Positions 9,958 through 19,622 are shown, numbered from the stretch's first letter. The stretch is DNA of 64,000 bases from Planctomycetota bacterium (GCA_965223265.1 OZ244999.1:7200001-7264000), one strand, 5' to 3'. Translations and numbers: made by a program. Notes: a model not told the origin generated them from the letters alone.

Positions 9958-10776
9958 TTAGCGTAGATCGCCGTCAACAACGCTCGTCGCTTCCACGCCC
10001 GCCCTCAGATAGGCGTCGACACGATCAACGACATCGTCTTCGCTCGCCTCTGGAGCCTCGATTGGAATTGTCTCTAGGAACTTGGCTTCACGCGCCAAGT
10101 AGCGCTGCGAGACGTCCAGTTTCTTGCGCAGTTCACGGATGACTTTCTGCGTCTCCGCGAGTTTCGAGTCATCGAATTTGAACTCGCCCTCTCCCGCCTG
10201 CGCGTCGAGAAGACGGAACTGGGCTTCAAGATCTTCGATTTCAGCCGCCAGCTGGACCCGCGTGACGTGGGTTTGCTCCAGCTTACGAATGGCAGCTTCC
10301 AATGACCGCTGCCGATTCTTGAGCAGGTCCTTCTTACCCGAGACGAGCTTCTCAGCCATCTTCAGGTGATCAAATCGACGTGCTAGTTCGCCCACGAGCT
10401 CCTCGCGCTCGTAGTCGATGGCGCCGAATCTGTAGTTCGCCTTCTGTTCGCGCAGCGACGCTCGAAGCAACTGAACCTTCTCGCGCTCGGCGGCGATCGA
10501 TTCCTGCTGCCGTGCGATTTCCTGCTCGAGGCTTGCCACTTCAACCTCCTCGCTCGCTACGAGCTTGGTGTTGGCTTTCAGCTCGGGGACGAGGTCGTCG
10601 AGCAGGTCGCGGGCGCGCTGGATCTCGAACTCGATCGGGATGGAGTCCTTGACGGCGGACTTGATCGCCTTGCTCGAGGTTCTCAGGTAACTGGTCATTC
10701 CAGTGGTGACGCCGACGGTGCCCAGGACACCGAGGACAACAGCGACAACAGTGAGTCGTTTCATCCACTTCAGCAT
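9958..10776 (-). CDS. Membrane-anchored coiled-coil protein, PspA/IM30-like architecture
   Basis: Strong RBS (AAGGAAAGGAG), N-terminal hydrophobic helix and long heptad coiled coils. Confidence 0.8.
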   Translation of the reverse strand: MLKWMKRLTVVAVVLGVLGTVGVTTGMTSYLRTSSKAIKSAVKDSIPIEFEIQRARDLLDDLVPELKANTKLVASEEVEVASLEQEIARQQESIAAEREKVQLLRASLREQKANYRFGAIDYEREELVGELARRFDHLKMAEKLVSGKKDLLKNRQRSLEAAIRKLEQTHVTRVQLAAEIEDLEAQFRLLDAQAGEGEFKFDDSKLAETQKVIRELRKKLDVSQRYLAREAKFLETIPIEAPEASEDDVVDRVDAYLRAGVEATSVVDGDLR

Positions 10777-11172
10777 GGCAAAACTCCTTTCCTTGGCGAA
10801 TGCGCGTAGAGGATGTGATTCCTACCTCTGAAGTCAGCCTTCGAGAGCGCCGATTTCACGGTTTTCACGATTTCTTTGGCACGACACGCAACCCAGCGAA
10901 TCATCATAAGAGACTTAAAAACGGACACTTACGGAAAATCCATCGGTAGATAAAAGGTGTCATGGTCGGCCGCGAGCCACCAAACGCTCGAGATACACGC
11001 ACTTCGGGGCGGCCCTCGATCTCCCCGCCAGCAGCTGATAAGCTCAGGGATTTCCCGTTCGGCACTACCGCTCTCTCGGCGACGGGCGACGCGTCTCAGA
11101 CGGCGCCTTCCCGAGCTGAAGAGTACGGTCGCCACCACGCTCTATCTCCAACGGCCGCTTCGAACGAACACC

Positions 11173-11805
11173 ATGGGTGCTTCCAGCGTCGCAATTCTGG
11201 ACTACAAAGCAGGCAACTTGACGAGTGTTCTTTTGGCGCTGCGTCATGTCGGCGCCGAGGCTCAAGTCACGTCCGACCCAGAAGAATTCCTCCGTGCCGA
11301 CCGCGCGGTATTCCCTGGCGTCGGTGCCGCAGGCGCCGCCATGGCAGAGCTTCGTGCGCGCGGCTTCGACGACGCTATCCAAGAATTCCTCCGCCGCGGC
11401 CGTCCCCTCCTTGGCATCTGCATCGGCTGCCAGGTGGCTCTCGATGCGAGCGAGGAAGACGGCGGGACGACTTGTCTCGGTGTGATTCCCGGTGAGGTGC
11501 GGCGCTTCCAGTTCCCCGCTGGCGTCGACCGCAAGGTGCCCCACATGGGATGGAACGAAGTCACGTTCGTCAAAGATCACGTTCTGTTCGACGGCATCCC
11601 CAACTCGAGCCAGTTCTACTTCGTCCACAGCTACTACCCCGCACCCGAAAGCGACGCGGTGGTTTACGGGCGCGCCGAGTACGGCACGATTCAGTTCGCT
11701 GCGGCCCTTGTCCGCGATCAGCTTCTCGCCGTTCAGTTTCACGCAGAAAAGAGTGGCAAGCCGGGGCTGCGCCTGCTGAAGAACTTCCTCGCGTGGTGCC
11801 CATAG
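11173..11805 (+). CDS. hisH: Imidazole glycerol phosphate synthase, glutamine amidotransferase subunit
   Basis: [34 protein letters not shown] and QFHAEKS. Start taken at ATG 11173. Confidence 0.96.
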   Translation: MGASSVAILDYKAGNLTSVLLALRHVGAEAQVTSDPEEFLRADRAVFPGVGAAGAAMAELRARGFDDAIQEFLRRGRPLLGICIGCQVALDASEEDGGTTCLGVIPGEVRRFQFPAGVDRKVPHMGWNEVTFVKDHVLFDGIPNSSQFYFVHSYYPAPESDAVVYGRAEYGTIQFAAALVRDQLLAVQFHAEKSGKPGLRLLKNFLAWCP

Positions 11806-11839
11806 CGCTACTTCGACTGGAGAAAAGGAGCTCGCCCCG

Positions 11840-12619
11840 ATGCTGTCGAAACGCGTGATCGTCTGTCTTGACGTGCGCAACCGCAAGACGACCAAGGGCA
11901 TCAAGTTCAAAGGCAACGTCGACGTCGGCGACCCCGTGGAAATGGGCCGGCAGTACTACGAAGAAGGTGTCGACGAACTCGTCTTCTACGACATCACCGC
12001 GTCCGCTGAGGGACGTCCGATCGACATTGATATGGTGCGAGACGTCGCGGAGAACGTGTTCATCCCGTTTTCGGTCGGCGGGGGTATCCGTAGCCTCGAC
12101 GACATGCATGACGTCCTCCTTGCAGGGGCGGAAAAAGTCAGTGTCAATTCGCTCGCCGTGAAGAATCCCGAGATCATCGCCGCGGGCGCCAAGGCTTTCG
12201 GCAGCCAGTGCATCGTGCTCGGCATGGATGCACGACGCGTCGGCTGTTCTAGGTCGATCCCGAGCGGCTACGAAATCGTCGTCAAAGGCGGACGGGAACC
12301 GACCGGAATCGACGCCCTGGATTGGGCACGAAGAGCGGAGGAACTGGGAGCGGGCGAAGTCTGCCTCAACTCAATCGATGCCGACGGCACGAAAGAAGGA
12401 TATGAACTCACCGTCACCGCCATGATCTCCGAGGCACTCGGAATTCCCGTGATCGCCTCGGGTGGAGCCGGGACGCCGCAGCACCTCTTCGAGGTCCTCA
12501 CCACCGGCAAGGCTGACGCGGCGCTCATCGCCAGCATGGTTCACTTCGGAGAATACACGCTCGCGGAGATCAAAGCGTATCTACAGGAGAGGGAACTCCG
12601 TGTCCGGCCCATTCACTAG
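11840..12619 (+). CDS. hisF: Imidazole glycerol phosphate synthase, cyclase subunit
   Basis: [36 protein letters not shown] and [19 protein letters not shown]. Confidence 0.97.
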   Translation: MLSKRVIVCLDVRNRKTTKGIKFKGNVDVGDPVEMGRQYYEEGVDELVFYDITASAEGRPIDIDMVRDVAENVFIPFSVGGGIRSLDDMHDVLLAGAEKVSVNSLAVKNPEIIAAGAKAFGSQCIVLGMDARRVGCSRSIPSGYEIVVKGGREPTGIDALDWARRAEELGAGEVCLNSIDADGTKEGYELTVTAMISEALGIPVIASGGAGTPQHLFEVLTTGKADAALIASMVHFGEYTLAEIKAYLQERELRVRPIH

Positions 12620-12962
12620 CGAAGAGGGAAGGCCACGTCGCGTCACCTGCGTCCTTTCTGATCTCCCAGATGCCGCCGAGGACGAGGTGTTCGAGACGTT
12701 GGCCGCGAGCAAGGTGGCACGCATCGAGCGCATCGTCAGTCGCGGTCAGCGCACCCCGGACGGAGTGTGGCTGAAAGAGGATGTGCACGAATGGGTCGTC
12801 GTCCTGCGCGGGTGCGCGCAGCTCAGATTTCGACAGCCCGAAGAGACGCTGGACCTTGAGACCGGCGACGCCCTGACGATTCCGGCTGGCTGCGAGCACC
12901 GAGTGGAAATGACCGCCGCAGACTCGCCCACGATCTGGCTCGCCGTCCACTTCGCGCCGTAG
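12600..12962 (+). CDS. Cupin domain protein
   Basis: RIERIVSRG...EWVVVLRG...[10 protein letters not shown]...TIWLAVH. Probable GTG start at 12600 after AGGAGAGGG, overlapping the end of hisF; start uncertain. Confidence 0.8.
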   Translation: MSGPFTSEEGRPRRVTCVLSDLPDAAEDEVFETLAASKVARIERIVSRGQRTPDGVWLKEDVHEWVVVLRGCAQLRFRQPEETLDLETGDALTIPAGCEHRVEMTAADSPTIWLAVHFAP

Positions 12963-13060
12963 CGCGTCGACGAAGTCAGGGCTCGCCCCTCTGACTCGTA
13001 ACGCGTTCCCCGGCGCTGCGACCACGGCTCCGGGCGGGTGCTCGTCCGCGTGCCGTCCGT

Positions 13061-13430
13061 TTGCGTGGGCGTGGGCGTGGGCGTGGGCGTTTGCGTGGGC
13101 GTGGGCGTGGGCGTGGGCGTCTCTTTAAAGTGGCAGGCACGCGCCGAGGGCCGTGACCGTGAGGTCACGACGGCGCGTTCTAAAGAACTCACAGCGTCGC
13201 CGCTCCCCCTCGTCGGCGTCCGCCGTTCCCGCTCCCGTTTGCGTGGGCGTGGGAGTGCCTGCAAGCCCGCCTCTGCGTCTGACTCCGTACCCAACTACCT
13301 GCATCTGTCTCTGGATCTGGATCTGGATCTGACGCTGTCTCTGCGTCTGTCTCTGGATCTGGCATCTGGGATCTGACACTGTCTCTGCATCTGGGATCTG
13401 TCTCTGGATCTGGGATCTGACGCTGTCTCC
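13061..13430. repeat. Compound repeat: [TTGCGT(GGGCGT)4]2, degenerate GTAG-REP element, then TCTGGA/TCTGTC/TCTGGGA repeats
   Basis: Read directly. Shares the junction GCGTGGGCGTGGGAGTGCC...CTCTGCGTCTGACTCCGTA with the 8612-8859 repeat. Confidence 0.9.
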
Positions 13431-13879
13431 AAGATCTCATTCCCTCTTCATCCTCCAGGCGAGAGCGCAGAGCAAAGCGGGTTCGTTTCGAGGAGCTCGT
13501 GGCGCGAAACAGCCAAACTCGAGCCTAGCTTCTGGCAAAAGTGTCGACGGCACCACCAGGCGGCGACGACGGCAAAGGCCCGCAGCGAAATCATTTGGAG
13601 GCGTCCCCTCGCAATTCGCCAAAAAGCGGGGTTAGGCGTATATGCCCCAGCCGTATAATTAGCCTATCGATGCCACCGCGCACGCTCTGCGGCAATGCGG
13701 TTCGGCCGATTTCGTCCCGCCTTCCGATCCGCACTCTCGTCACCCGTCATCCTGCTCCGTGCGCGCGATGCTGCGCAATGGAATTCGATGGCAGCCCCGC
13801 AGCGAGACGTTACGGGTCAACACCACAAGATACTGGCACCCCAGTACCCCACCGTCCCTCAAAAAAGGAGCTTCACATC

Positions 13880-15202
13880 ATGAGGACGAGCCAAATCTTC
13901 CTCTCCGCCCTTCTTTGCACCCTCGCCACGTTGGCCACGTTGCCTGTGGACGCACACACCATCGTGCTAAAGAACGGTAATTCCATCGAAGGCACCGTCG
14001 TCGAAGGCACCGATAGCGACGCCGACCATGTCGTCGTGCGCGTGGGCGACTTCGGCACGATGACATTTCGCAAGTCCGAGATCGCTGAGATCCGCGGCAC
14101 CCCATCTGACAGTGACTCGCTGGACGACCTCCTGACCACACCCGCCACAGCCAGGGAGTACGTCGAGGTCCAGCTCAAGGAAACGACCTACGGTGACGGC
14201 GTTTTCTACGGTGTCGTCGGCAAGGGGAGCAACGAGCGCGAGCTCGTTCTCGAGGTCCCCGAGGCTGGCGGTTCTGGTCACATCACGATCCCGCGGAACG
14301 CGATCGCGCGGACGACCCCAGTGTCGTCCGACAGCGCCGGACTCGCGCCAGCCGCGGCGAGGTCGGACAGCGACGTCGACACACAGCCGACCGAGATCAG
14401 CACCACGCACGTTGTGCATCTCAAAAACGGCCGCCAAATCAAAGGCAACCTGATCCAAACGGCGGACGATGAACCGCTCAAGCTGGCGGTCGGATCGATG
14501 GGCGTCCTGCTGTTTGCGCGCGACAAGGTCGCCAACGTCGAGGCCAAAGACGGCACCTATTCGTTGCCAAAGCGGACGCACGTTCTCGACGAGATGATCG
14601 ACGAGCCCCTGCCTGAAACCGACGCCTCCGCCGGCGGGGACGTCGAGGCGCTCAAGGACGCCATCAAAGCCGAGCTCCTCGAGGAACTCCTCGACGACCT
14701 GATCGAGAAGAAACTGGAAACGGCGACGCGCGGTGTCCGCCGCGCAGCGACAAGGCTCGCCGACGTGGAGCGGATCTCGGGTGACGAGTTGCTTGAGCTC
14801 CAAGAAGCCGTTCGCGAACTCGGCCGCCACCGCACGCGCAACCGAGTCCGTGCCGAACGCAAGCTAAAGACGTTCGGCCCCGCAGCCATTCCATATCTGC
14901 GCCCGATCGTGCACCACCCGTTCAACTTGACGCGGCGCGCCGTCCAGCGCATCGTCCGCGACCTCGGTGCCGTCGAAGGTGCCCCGTTGGCGATGGACGC
15001 ACTGAACGACGAGGATGACGACGTCCGCCTTCTCGCGGGCGAGGCTCTCTCAGCTCTGCTGCCGGACGTTCGGGTCGGATATCGTTCCACCGACCCCGAA
15101 GCTCATCGGCTGCGGGCGCAGACCGAGTACTGGGCCGCGTGGGACCTCCTCACCCTGGAAGCAGCGAAAGCGCAGGTCCTCGAAAGTCTCGCCACACGCT
15201 AA
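13880..15202 (+). CDS. Exported protein with repeated LKNG-x3-G beta modules and C-terminal HEAT-like repeats
   Basis: RBS AAAAGGAG, signal peptide ending VDA, modules TIVLKNGNSIEG and VVHLKNGRQIKG, and HEAT-like ALNDEDDDVRLLAGEAL. Confidence 0.8.
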   Translation: MRTSQIFLSALLCTLATLATLPVDAHTIVLKNGNSIEGTVVEGTDSDADHVVVRVGDFGTMTFRKSEIAEIRGTPSDSDSLDDLLTTPATAREYVEVQLKETTYGDGVFYGVVGKGSNERELVLEVPEAGGSGHITIPRNAIARTTPVSSDSAGLAPAAARSDSDVDTQPTEISTTHVVHLKNGRQIKGNLIQTADDEPLKLAVGSMGVLLFARDKVANVEAKDGTYSLPKRTHVLDEMIDEPLPETDASAGGDVEALKDAIKAELLEELLDDLIEKKLETATRGVRRAATRLADVERISGDELLELQEAVRELGRHRTRNRVRAERKLKTFGPAAIPYLRPIVHHPFNLTRRAVQRIVRDLGAVEGAPLAMDALNDEDDDVRLLAGEALSALLPDVRVGYRSTDPEAHRLRAQTEYWAAWDLLTLEAAKAQVLESLATR

Positions 15203-15227
15203 CTCACACAACCGCCTCTGTAGTCTC

Positions 15228-15257
15228 AACCCCAGCTTCCCACGGCTGGGGTTTTTT
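15228..15257 (+). terminator. Rho-independent terminator
   Basis: AACCCCAGC-ttcccacg-GCTGGGGTT followed by a T-run, 25 nt after the stop codon. Confidence 0.85.
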
Positions 15258-15430
15258 GATGTGTATGTATCGATACCTGTCGATCCACGCGTGCGCCGTT
15301 ACAATTCTCTTGTGTTCCTCGACAGCGTGGATGAAAACGTGCTTGATCGCTTCCTCCGTCAGTCGTCGCGAAACGCAAGTATTCTACGAGCCCTCTCCTG
15401 ACGATCAGAATGGTACCGGATGGTACGCGC

Positions 15431-15490
15431 GCCGCGGCGAGCTGGGCGTAAAGAGGCAGTTTCTCAGCCGAATGACTTTTCAACGGGGCT
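15431..15490 (-). mobile_element. Half copy of fold-back MITE (family 1)
   Basis: Reverse complement AGCCCCGTTGAAAAGTCATTCGGCTGAGAAACTGCCTCTTTACGCCCAGCTCGCCGCGGC matches the left arm of 19765-19920. Confidence 0.75.
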
Positions 15491-15538
15491 ATTGGACGCT
15501 CCTCTTTCTCCGAACTTTCTCCGAACTTTCATCGCAAC

Positions 15539-16768
15539 ATGGCATCCGGATTTCGCAACTCAACCGGAATTCTCTTTCGGTGTCGATGGCTCGCTGCTGG
15601 CGGCCGAGCGACGTCGATCGCGTCGAGCCTTGTGATCGTTGTGTCGCTCGCTGGCGACCTCACCGCGGATCAAGAACTCGCACGCGACACCGAGCGCGAC
15701 AAGGTAGCCGCGCCGACGGCGTTCGCTGTCGGCGATGTCCACGGCGACTACGACGCCTTTCGCCTCTTGCTCGAACGCCTGGAACTCGTGGACGCGGACG
15801 ACAACTGGATCGGTGGCACAACTCGGCTCATTCAAACCGGCGATCTCCTCGATCGCGGCTCAGATTCTCGCCGCGTCATGGACCTCCTGATACACCTCGA
15901 AGAGGAAGCACCGCGCGCTGGCGGCTCCGTAGTCGTTCTTCTCGGCAATCATGAGATCTTCAACTTGCTCGGCGACTTGCGCTACGTCTCACGCGGTGAG
16001 TTCGATGCGTTTGCAGACGAAGAAACTGCAGCCTCTTGGCGGCAGCGCGCGAGTGACGCTCTCGCCATCGTCAGCACCCCCTCGCCGCTACTTCGTTCGT
16101 CGTACTATCGAAGACTGTCACGTACAGTCAACACGCGGTCGGCCCGCAAACTCTTTCCGAGCGGATACTTCGCTCACCGCGACGCCTTCGCGCCGACCGG
16201 GCGCTACGGACGCTGGCTACTCAAAAAACCGGCGCTACACCGTGACAACCGCATCCTCTTCGTCCACGGTGGCATCAGCCGCACCTACGCGGGCGTACCC
16301 TACGAGGAACTAAATCGCGCCACGAAGGAATTGCTCGCCAAGTACTTCGCGGCCGTTAAGGCGCTGGAGGAAGCCAAGGTCTACGACCGAGCGCTTGGCC
16401 ATGAAGTGTTGGTCGAGCTCGCTGGTCGAGAGCTGCGCGCCGGTGCCGATGAAAGGCTGCAGCCTCACTTCGCTGCAGTCCAAGACGTTGCGCGAAGTCT
16501 TCTGCTAGCAGAGGACGGCCCGTTCATGTATCGCGGCCTCGCGGTGGCACCCGAGCGAGCGCTCAGCAGCGTGGTGAAGACCGTTCTCAGGACAAACGAC
16601 GTCGAAAGAATCATGATCGGCCACACGCGACCACCCGATTTGCGGGTGACGACTCGCTTTAAAAACCGAGTGCTTCTCATCGACACCGGAATGAATCAGG
16701 AATTCTACGGGGGCCGCCCGAGCGCGGTGGGAACGTTTCCCAGCGGCACCGTCGAAATCTGGGAGTGA
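15539..16768 (+). CDS. Metallophosphoesterase (PPP-like, Shewanella-like phosphatase type), probably exported
   Basis: GDVHGD, GDLLDRG, GNHE, VHGG, GHT and IDTG motifs. Hydrophobic N-terminus. Confidence 0.88.
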   Translation: MASGFRNSTGILFRCRWLAAGGRATSIASSLVIVVSLAGDLTADQELARDTERDKVAAPTAFAVGDVHGDYDAFRLLLERLELVDADDNWIGGTTRLIQTGDLLDRGSDSRRVMDLLIHLEEEAPRAGGSVVVLLGNHEIFNLLGDLRYVSRGEFDAFADEETAASWRQRASDALAIVSTPSPLLRSSYYRRLSRTVNTRSARKLFPSGYFAHRDAFAPTGRYGRWLLKKPALHRDNRILFVHGGISRTYAGVPYEELNRATKELLAKYFAAVKALEEAKVYDRALGHEVLVELAGRELRAGADERLQPHFAAVQDVARSLLLAEDGPFMYRGLAVAPERALSSVVKTVLRTNDVERIMIGHTRPPDLRVTTRFKNRVLLIDTGMNQEFYGGRPSAVGTFPSGTVEIWE

Positions 16769-16816
16769 GGTCGGCGTCGGTCCGGCTTGTCCTTCGCACG
16801 GCCCGCCAGAAACGAC

Positions 16817-16860
16817 CCTGGTATCCGTGAAGAGGCTTCCTGGTATCCGTGAAAAGGCTT
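16817..16860. repeat. 22-bp tandem duplication
   Basis: CCTGGTATCCGTGAAGAGGCTT followed by CCTGGTATCCGTGAAAAGGCTT. Confidence 0.9.
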
Positions 16861-16864
16861 GTCG

Positions 16865-17962
16865 TCACGTGACCCGGCAGCCGGGAGTCGACGCTCGACT
16901 CGACACCCCTGTCGGCGACGCGGCACCGCTTCCCTGGACCGCCTCGTAGAGCTGGCGATACTGCTGCACGAAACGTTCAGCGTCGAACGCGTCTTCCGCT
17001 AGACGTCTGGCCGCGTCACCGAACGCTCGACCGGAGGCCGCAACGCGATCGATCCCAGCGGCAAGTCCGGCAGCCGTGGGCTCGACGACGACGCCTCCCC
17101 CGTGCGTCTCGATGAGCGGAGCTAAACCGCACACGCGCGTCAACAGAACAGGACGACCGCACGCGAGCGACTCAACGAGCGAGTTCGGCACCGGCTTACA
17201 GCGCCTTGGATCGGTGGCGCAAAACACCGTCGCGTGGACTTCGCGATAGAGCGCCGCCATGTCCCGAAAGACGCCTGTCCGCACTTCAACGTTGCCCAGT
17301 CTGTTCGCGGCGATGGTGCGTTCCACGACCGCCCGCGCGTTTCCCCAAGGCCGCCAGCAGAGAATGAATCGCACCTGGGGACGCAGTTTGGCCGCTTCGA
17401 GCAGAATCGGCACGCCGCGGGCGTCAAGCCAGTCGGCGCGGTCCGGACTCGATGCGAACAAAACCGTGAAAGGCGACTCCGGCAGTGGCTGGACGCTGTA
17501 GTCTCTAAGGTTCACAGGCGGGTAGATGACTTCGATCCGCTCCGCAGGAATGCCGAGCGCCTCAAGCCGTGCTTTCGCTTGCGGCCACTCGACAGCAAAG
17601 CGGTCAACCTTGGCGAGCATCTCCGCAGCGCACGGCTCCGCGTCGAGCGCAACCGTCAAGACGATCGGGCGTTTCCGCGCTGCGCGCAGATGAAACCAGT
17701 CGCCAGCGCCGCCGAAGAGGTGGTTGATGTCAAAGCGTCGCTGCAGTACGGAAGTCAGAGCGCGGAACGCCCAGTGCAGTCTTGGGTGCATCGCCAGGCC
17801 ACTCGACCGCTCGTAACGGAGGATCCTGTGCGCCGTGACACCCCATGCGCTACTACCCGGGAAGGCGGAGCGCAGGAGCGCCACCTCCTTAGCGACCGCT
17901 TCCATCTGCGGCTCGAACGAGCTGAGCCAGTACGCTACGCGCGGCGTGCCGTGACGATCCAT
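16865..17962 (-). CDS. Glycosyltransferase family 4 (GT-B) protein
   Basis: EVIYPPV, PNSLVESLACGRPV and the C-terminal ...YRQLY helix. Confidence 0.85.
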   Translation of the reverse strand: MDRHGTPRVAYWLSSFEPQMEAVAKEVALLRSAFPGSSAWGVTAHRILRYERSSGLAMHPRLHWAFRALTSVLQRRFDINHLFGGAGDWFHLRAARKRPIVLTVALDAEPCAAEMLAKVDRFAVEWPQAKARLEALGIPAERIEVIYPPVNLRDYSVQPLPESPFTVLFASSPDRADWLDARGVPILLEAAKLRPQVRFILCWRPWGNARAVVERTIAANRLGNVEVRTGVFRDMAALYREVHATVFCATDPRRCKPVPNSLVESLACGRPVLLTRVCGLAPLIETHGGGVVVEPTAAGLAAGIDRVAASGRAFGDAARRLAEDAFDAERFVQQYRQLYEAVQGSGAASPTGVSSRASTPGCRVT

Positions 17963-18681
17963 TCCAGCGGAGGCCCCGAGCGAAGCCTCTCCAGAGCACG
18001 AATCACCCAGCGGTTCAGCCAGCCGCAGCGCGGTCCAATCAGCACCTGAGAGCGGTACTGCAGCCCCATCCAGCGCTGCACGCCAACACTCTCGGTGAGC
18101 TCGAACCCGTTCTCCTCCAACTCGCTGCGAAGGACATCGATCGACGTGTACAGCTCGTCATAGATCGGATAGCTTTCCGGCTCGGCTTCGCGTAGCGGCC
18201 TCGAGACCGGTTCGTTGACCGCATCGAAAATGACGCAGCCGCCCGGACGCAGCACACGCTGGACCTGCTCGTAGAGGCGTTTTCGATCGTCGAGCTTGAA
18301 GTGGCGGATGAACCGAAACGTGTAGACGAGATCAAATTCGTCGCCAGCGTCGAACGGCAGCTCGAACGCGTTGCCTTGAATCCACTTGACGGCGTCGGGA
18401 CACTCACGCCTACCGACTTCGATCATGCCAGCGTTGAATTCGAGTGCGACGTGCTCTCCCGGGGCACGAATTTCTCGCGTGATCCGCCCGGGACCAGGCG
18501 CGATTTCGAGGACCCGCCGCGGCTTGTGCGCCTCAATGAAGCGCTGCACCGCCTGCACCTGGCGATCGTGAAGGAGTCGCGTCAGCTCGCTCTCGAAGCG
18601 GCGGGCGACATAGTTCTCGGCCTTGTCGAGACCGCTGTAGGCGGCCTGGATTTCGGATTCAGTAACCTGTTGGGATGCCAT
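17935..18681 (-). CDS. Class I SAM-dependent methyltransferase
   Basis: VLEIAPGPGR, GNAFELPF, FDLV and RVLRPGG. Start taken at ATG 18681. Overlaps the GT4 start. Confidence 0.9.
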   Translation of the reverse strand: MASQQVTESEIQAAYSGLDKAENYVARRFESELTRLLHDRQVQAVQRFIEAHKPRRVLEIAPGPGRITREIRAPGEHVALEFNAGMIEVGRRECPDAVKWIQGNAFELPFDAGDEFDLVYTFRFIRHFKLDDRKRLYEQVQRVLRPGGCVIFDAVNEPVSRPLREAEPESYPIYDELYTSIDVLRSELEENGFELTESVGVQRWMGLQYRSQVLIGPRCGWLNRWVIRALERLRSGPPLEWIVTARRA

Positions 18682-18865
18682 GTGGTCGGTGGACCTCGAG
18701 AAGTTGATGACGAGCAGACCCTCCCCGACGTTTTTCGGCGTCGCTGAGGCTGGGGCTGAACCTGGAAAACGACTGTCGTGCCATTCTCGCGGCGCGACAC
18801 GGTCCGCGGATCCCACCCTAACCACATACCAGAGAGCCGGTTACAAACGTCTCGGTAGAATTCTA

Positions 18866-19447
18866 GAAAAAGTCGTCCAAACCAAAGCCACAAGCGACAT
18901 CTCTATCATAGAGCGCAGGGGGGGTTCGAGGGCAGTTCAGACGGGGGGCGGCAGCCCGGTGAATGGACGACGGCGGCCTAACTGCAGAAAAAATAGACAG
19001 TTAGGAACAGTTGCCGCCCAATCCTCCAAAATCCCCGGAAAAGTCGTCCAAACCAAAGCCACAAGCGACATCTCTATCATAGAGCGCAGGGGGGTTCGAG
19101 GGCAGTTCAGACGGGGGGCGGCAGCCCGGTGAATGGACGACGGCGGCCTAACTGCAGAAAAAATAGACAGTTAGGAACAGTTGCCGCCCAATCCTCCAAA
19201 ATCCCCGGAAAAGTCGTCCAAACCAAAGCCACAAGCGACATCTCTATCATAGAGCGCAGGGGGTTCGAGGGCAGCTCAGACGGGGGCGGCAGCCCGGTGA
19301 ATGGGCGACGGAGGCCTAACTGCAGAAAACATAGACAGTTAGGAACAGTTGCCGCCCAATCCTCCAAGATCCCCGGAAAAGTCGTCCAAACCAAAGCCAC
19401 AAGCGACATCTCTATCATAGAGCGCAGGGGGTTCGAGGGCAGTTCAG
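18866..19447. repeat. Tandem array of about 3.4 long direct repeats (periods 171, 170, 168 bp)
   Basis: GTCGTCCAAACCAAAGCCACAAGCGACATCTCTATCATAGAGCGCA begins at 18872, 19043, 19213 and 19381. The 4th copy is truncated at 19447. Confidence 0.97.
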
Positions 19448-19622
19448 CGGTGGCGCACGAGACGCCTGGAGCGTCGACAGCGCGAATTTGAAAAAATCTC
19501 CAAAAACTCTCTAGCACATCGCGTTTTTCTTACCTCTAGAAGGTAGAGGCCGTGAGTTGAGGTGGCTGGTGACAGGCAGTTGGTTCAGGAGGAGCGGCTA
19601 CGGCGGCCGGTCCGGAAGGACG

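Noticed and set aside
10957-11172. N-terminal extensions given by the ORF track (hisH; likewise 13541, 19932, 22633, 18825, 57702)
   Set aside because: Downstream ATGs with RBS or family-typical N-termini fit better.
18866-19447. CRISPR array, integron attC array or replication-origin iterons
   Set aside because: No unique spacers and no cas genes. GCCTAAC...GTTAGGA spans only about 31 bp, too short for attC, and there are no cassettes or integrase. No DnaA boxes or rep gene were seen.
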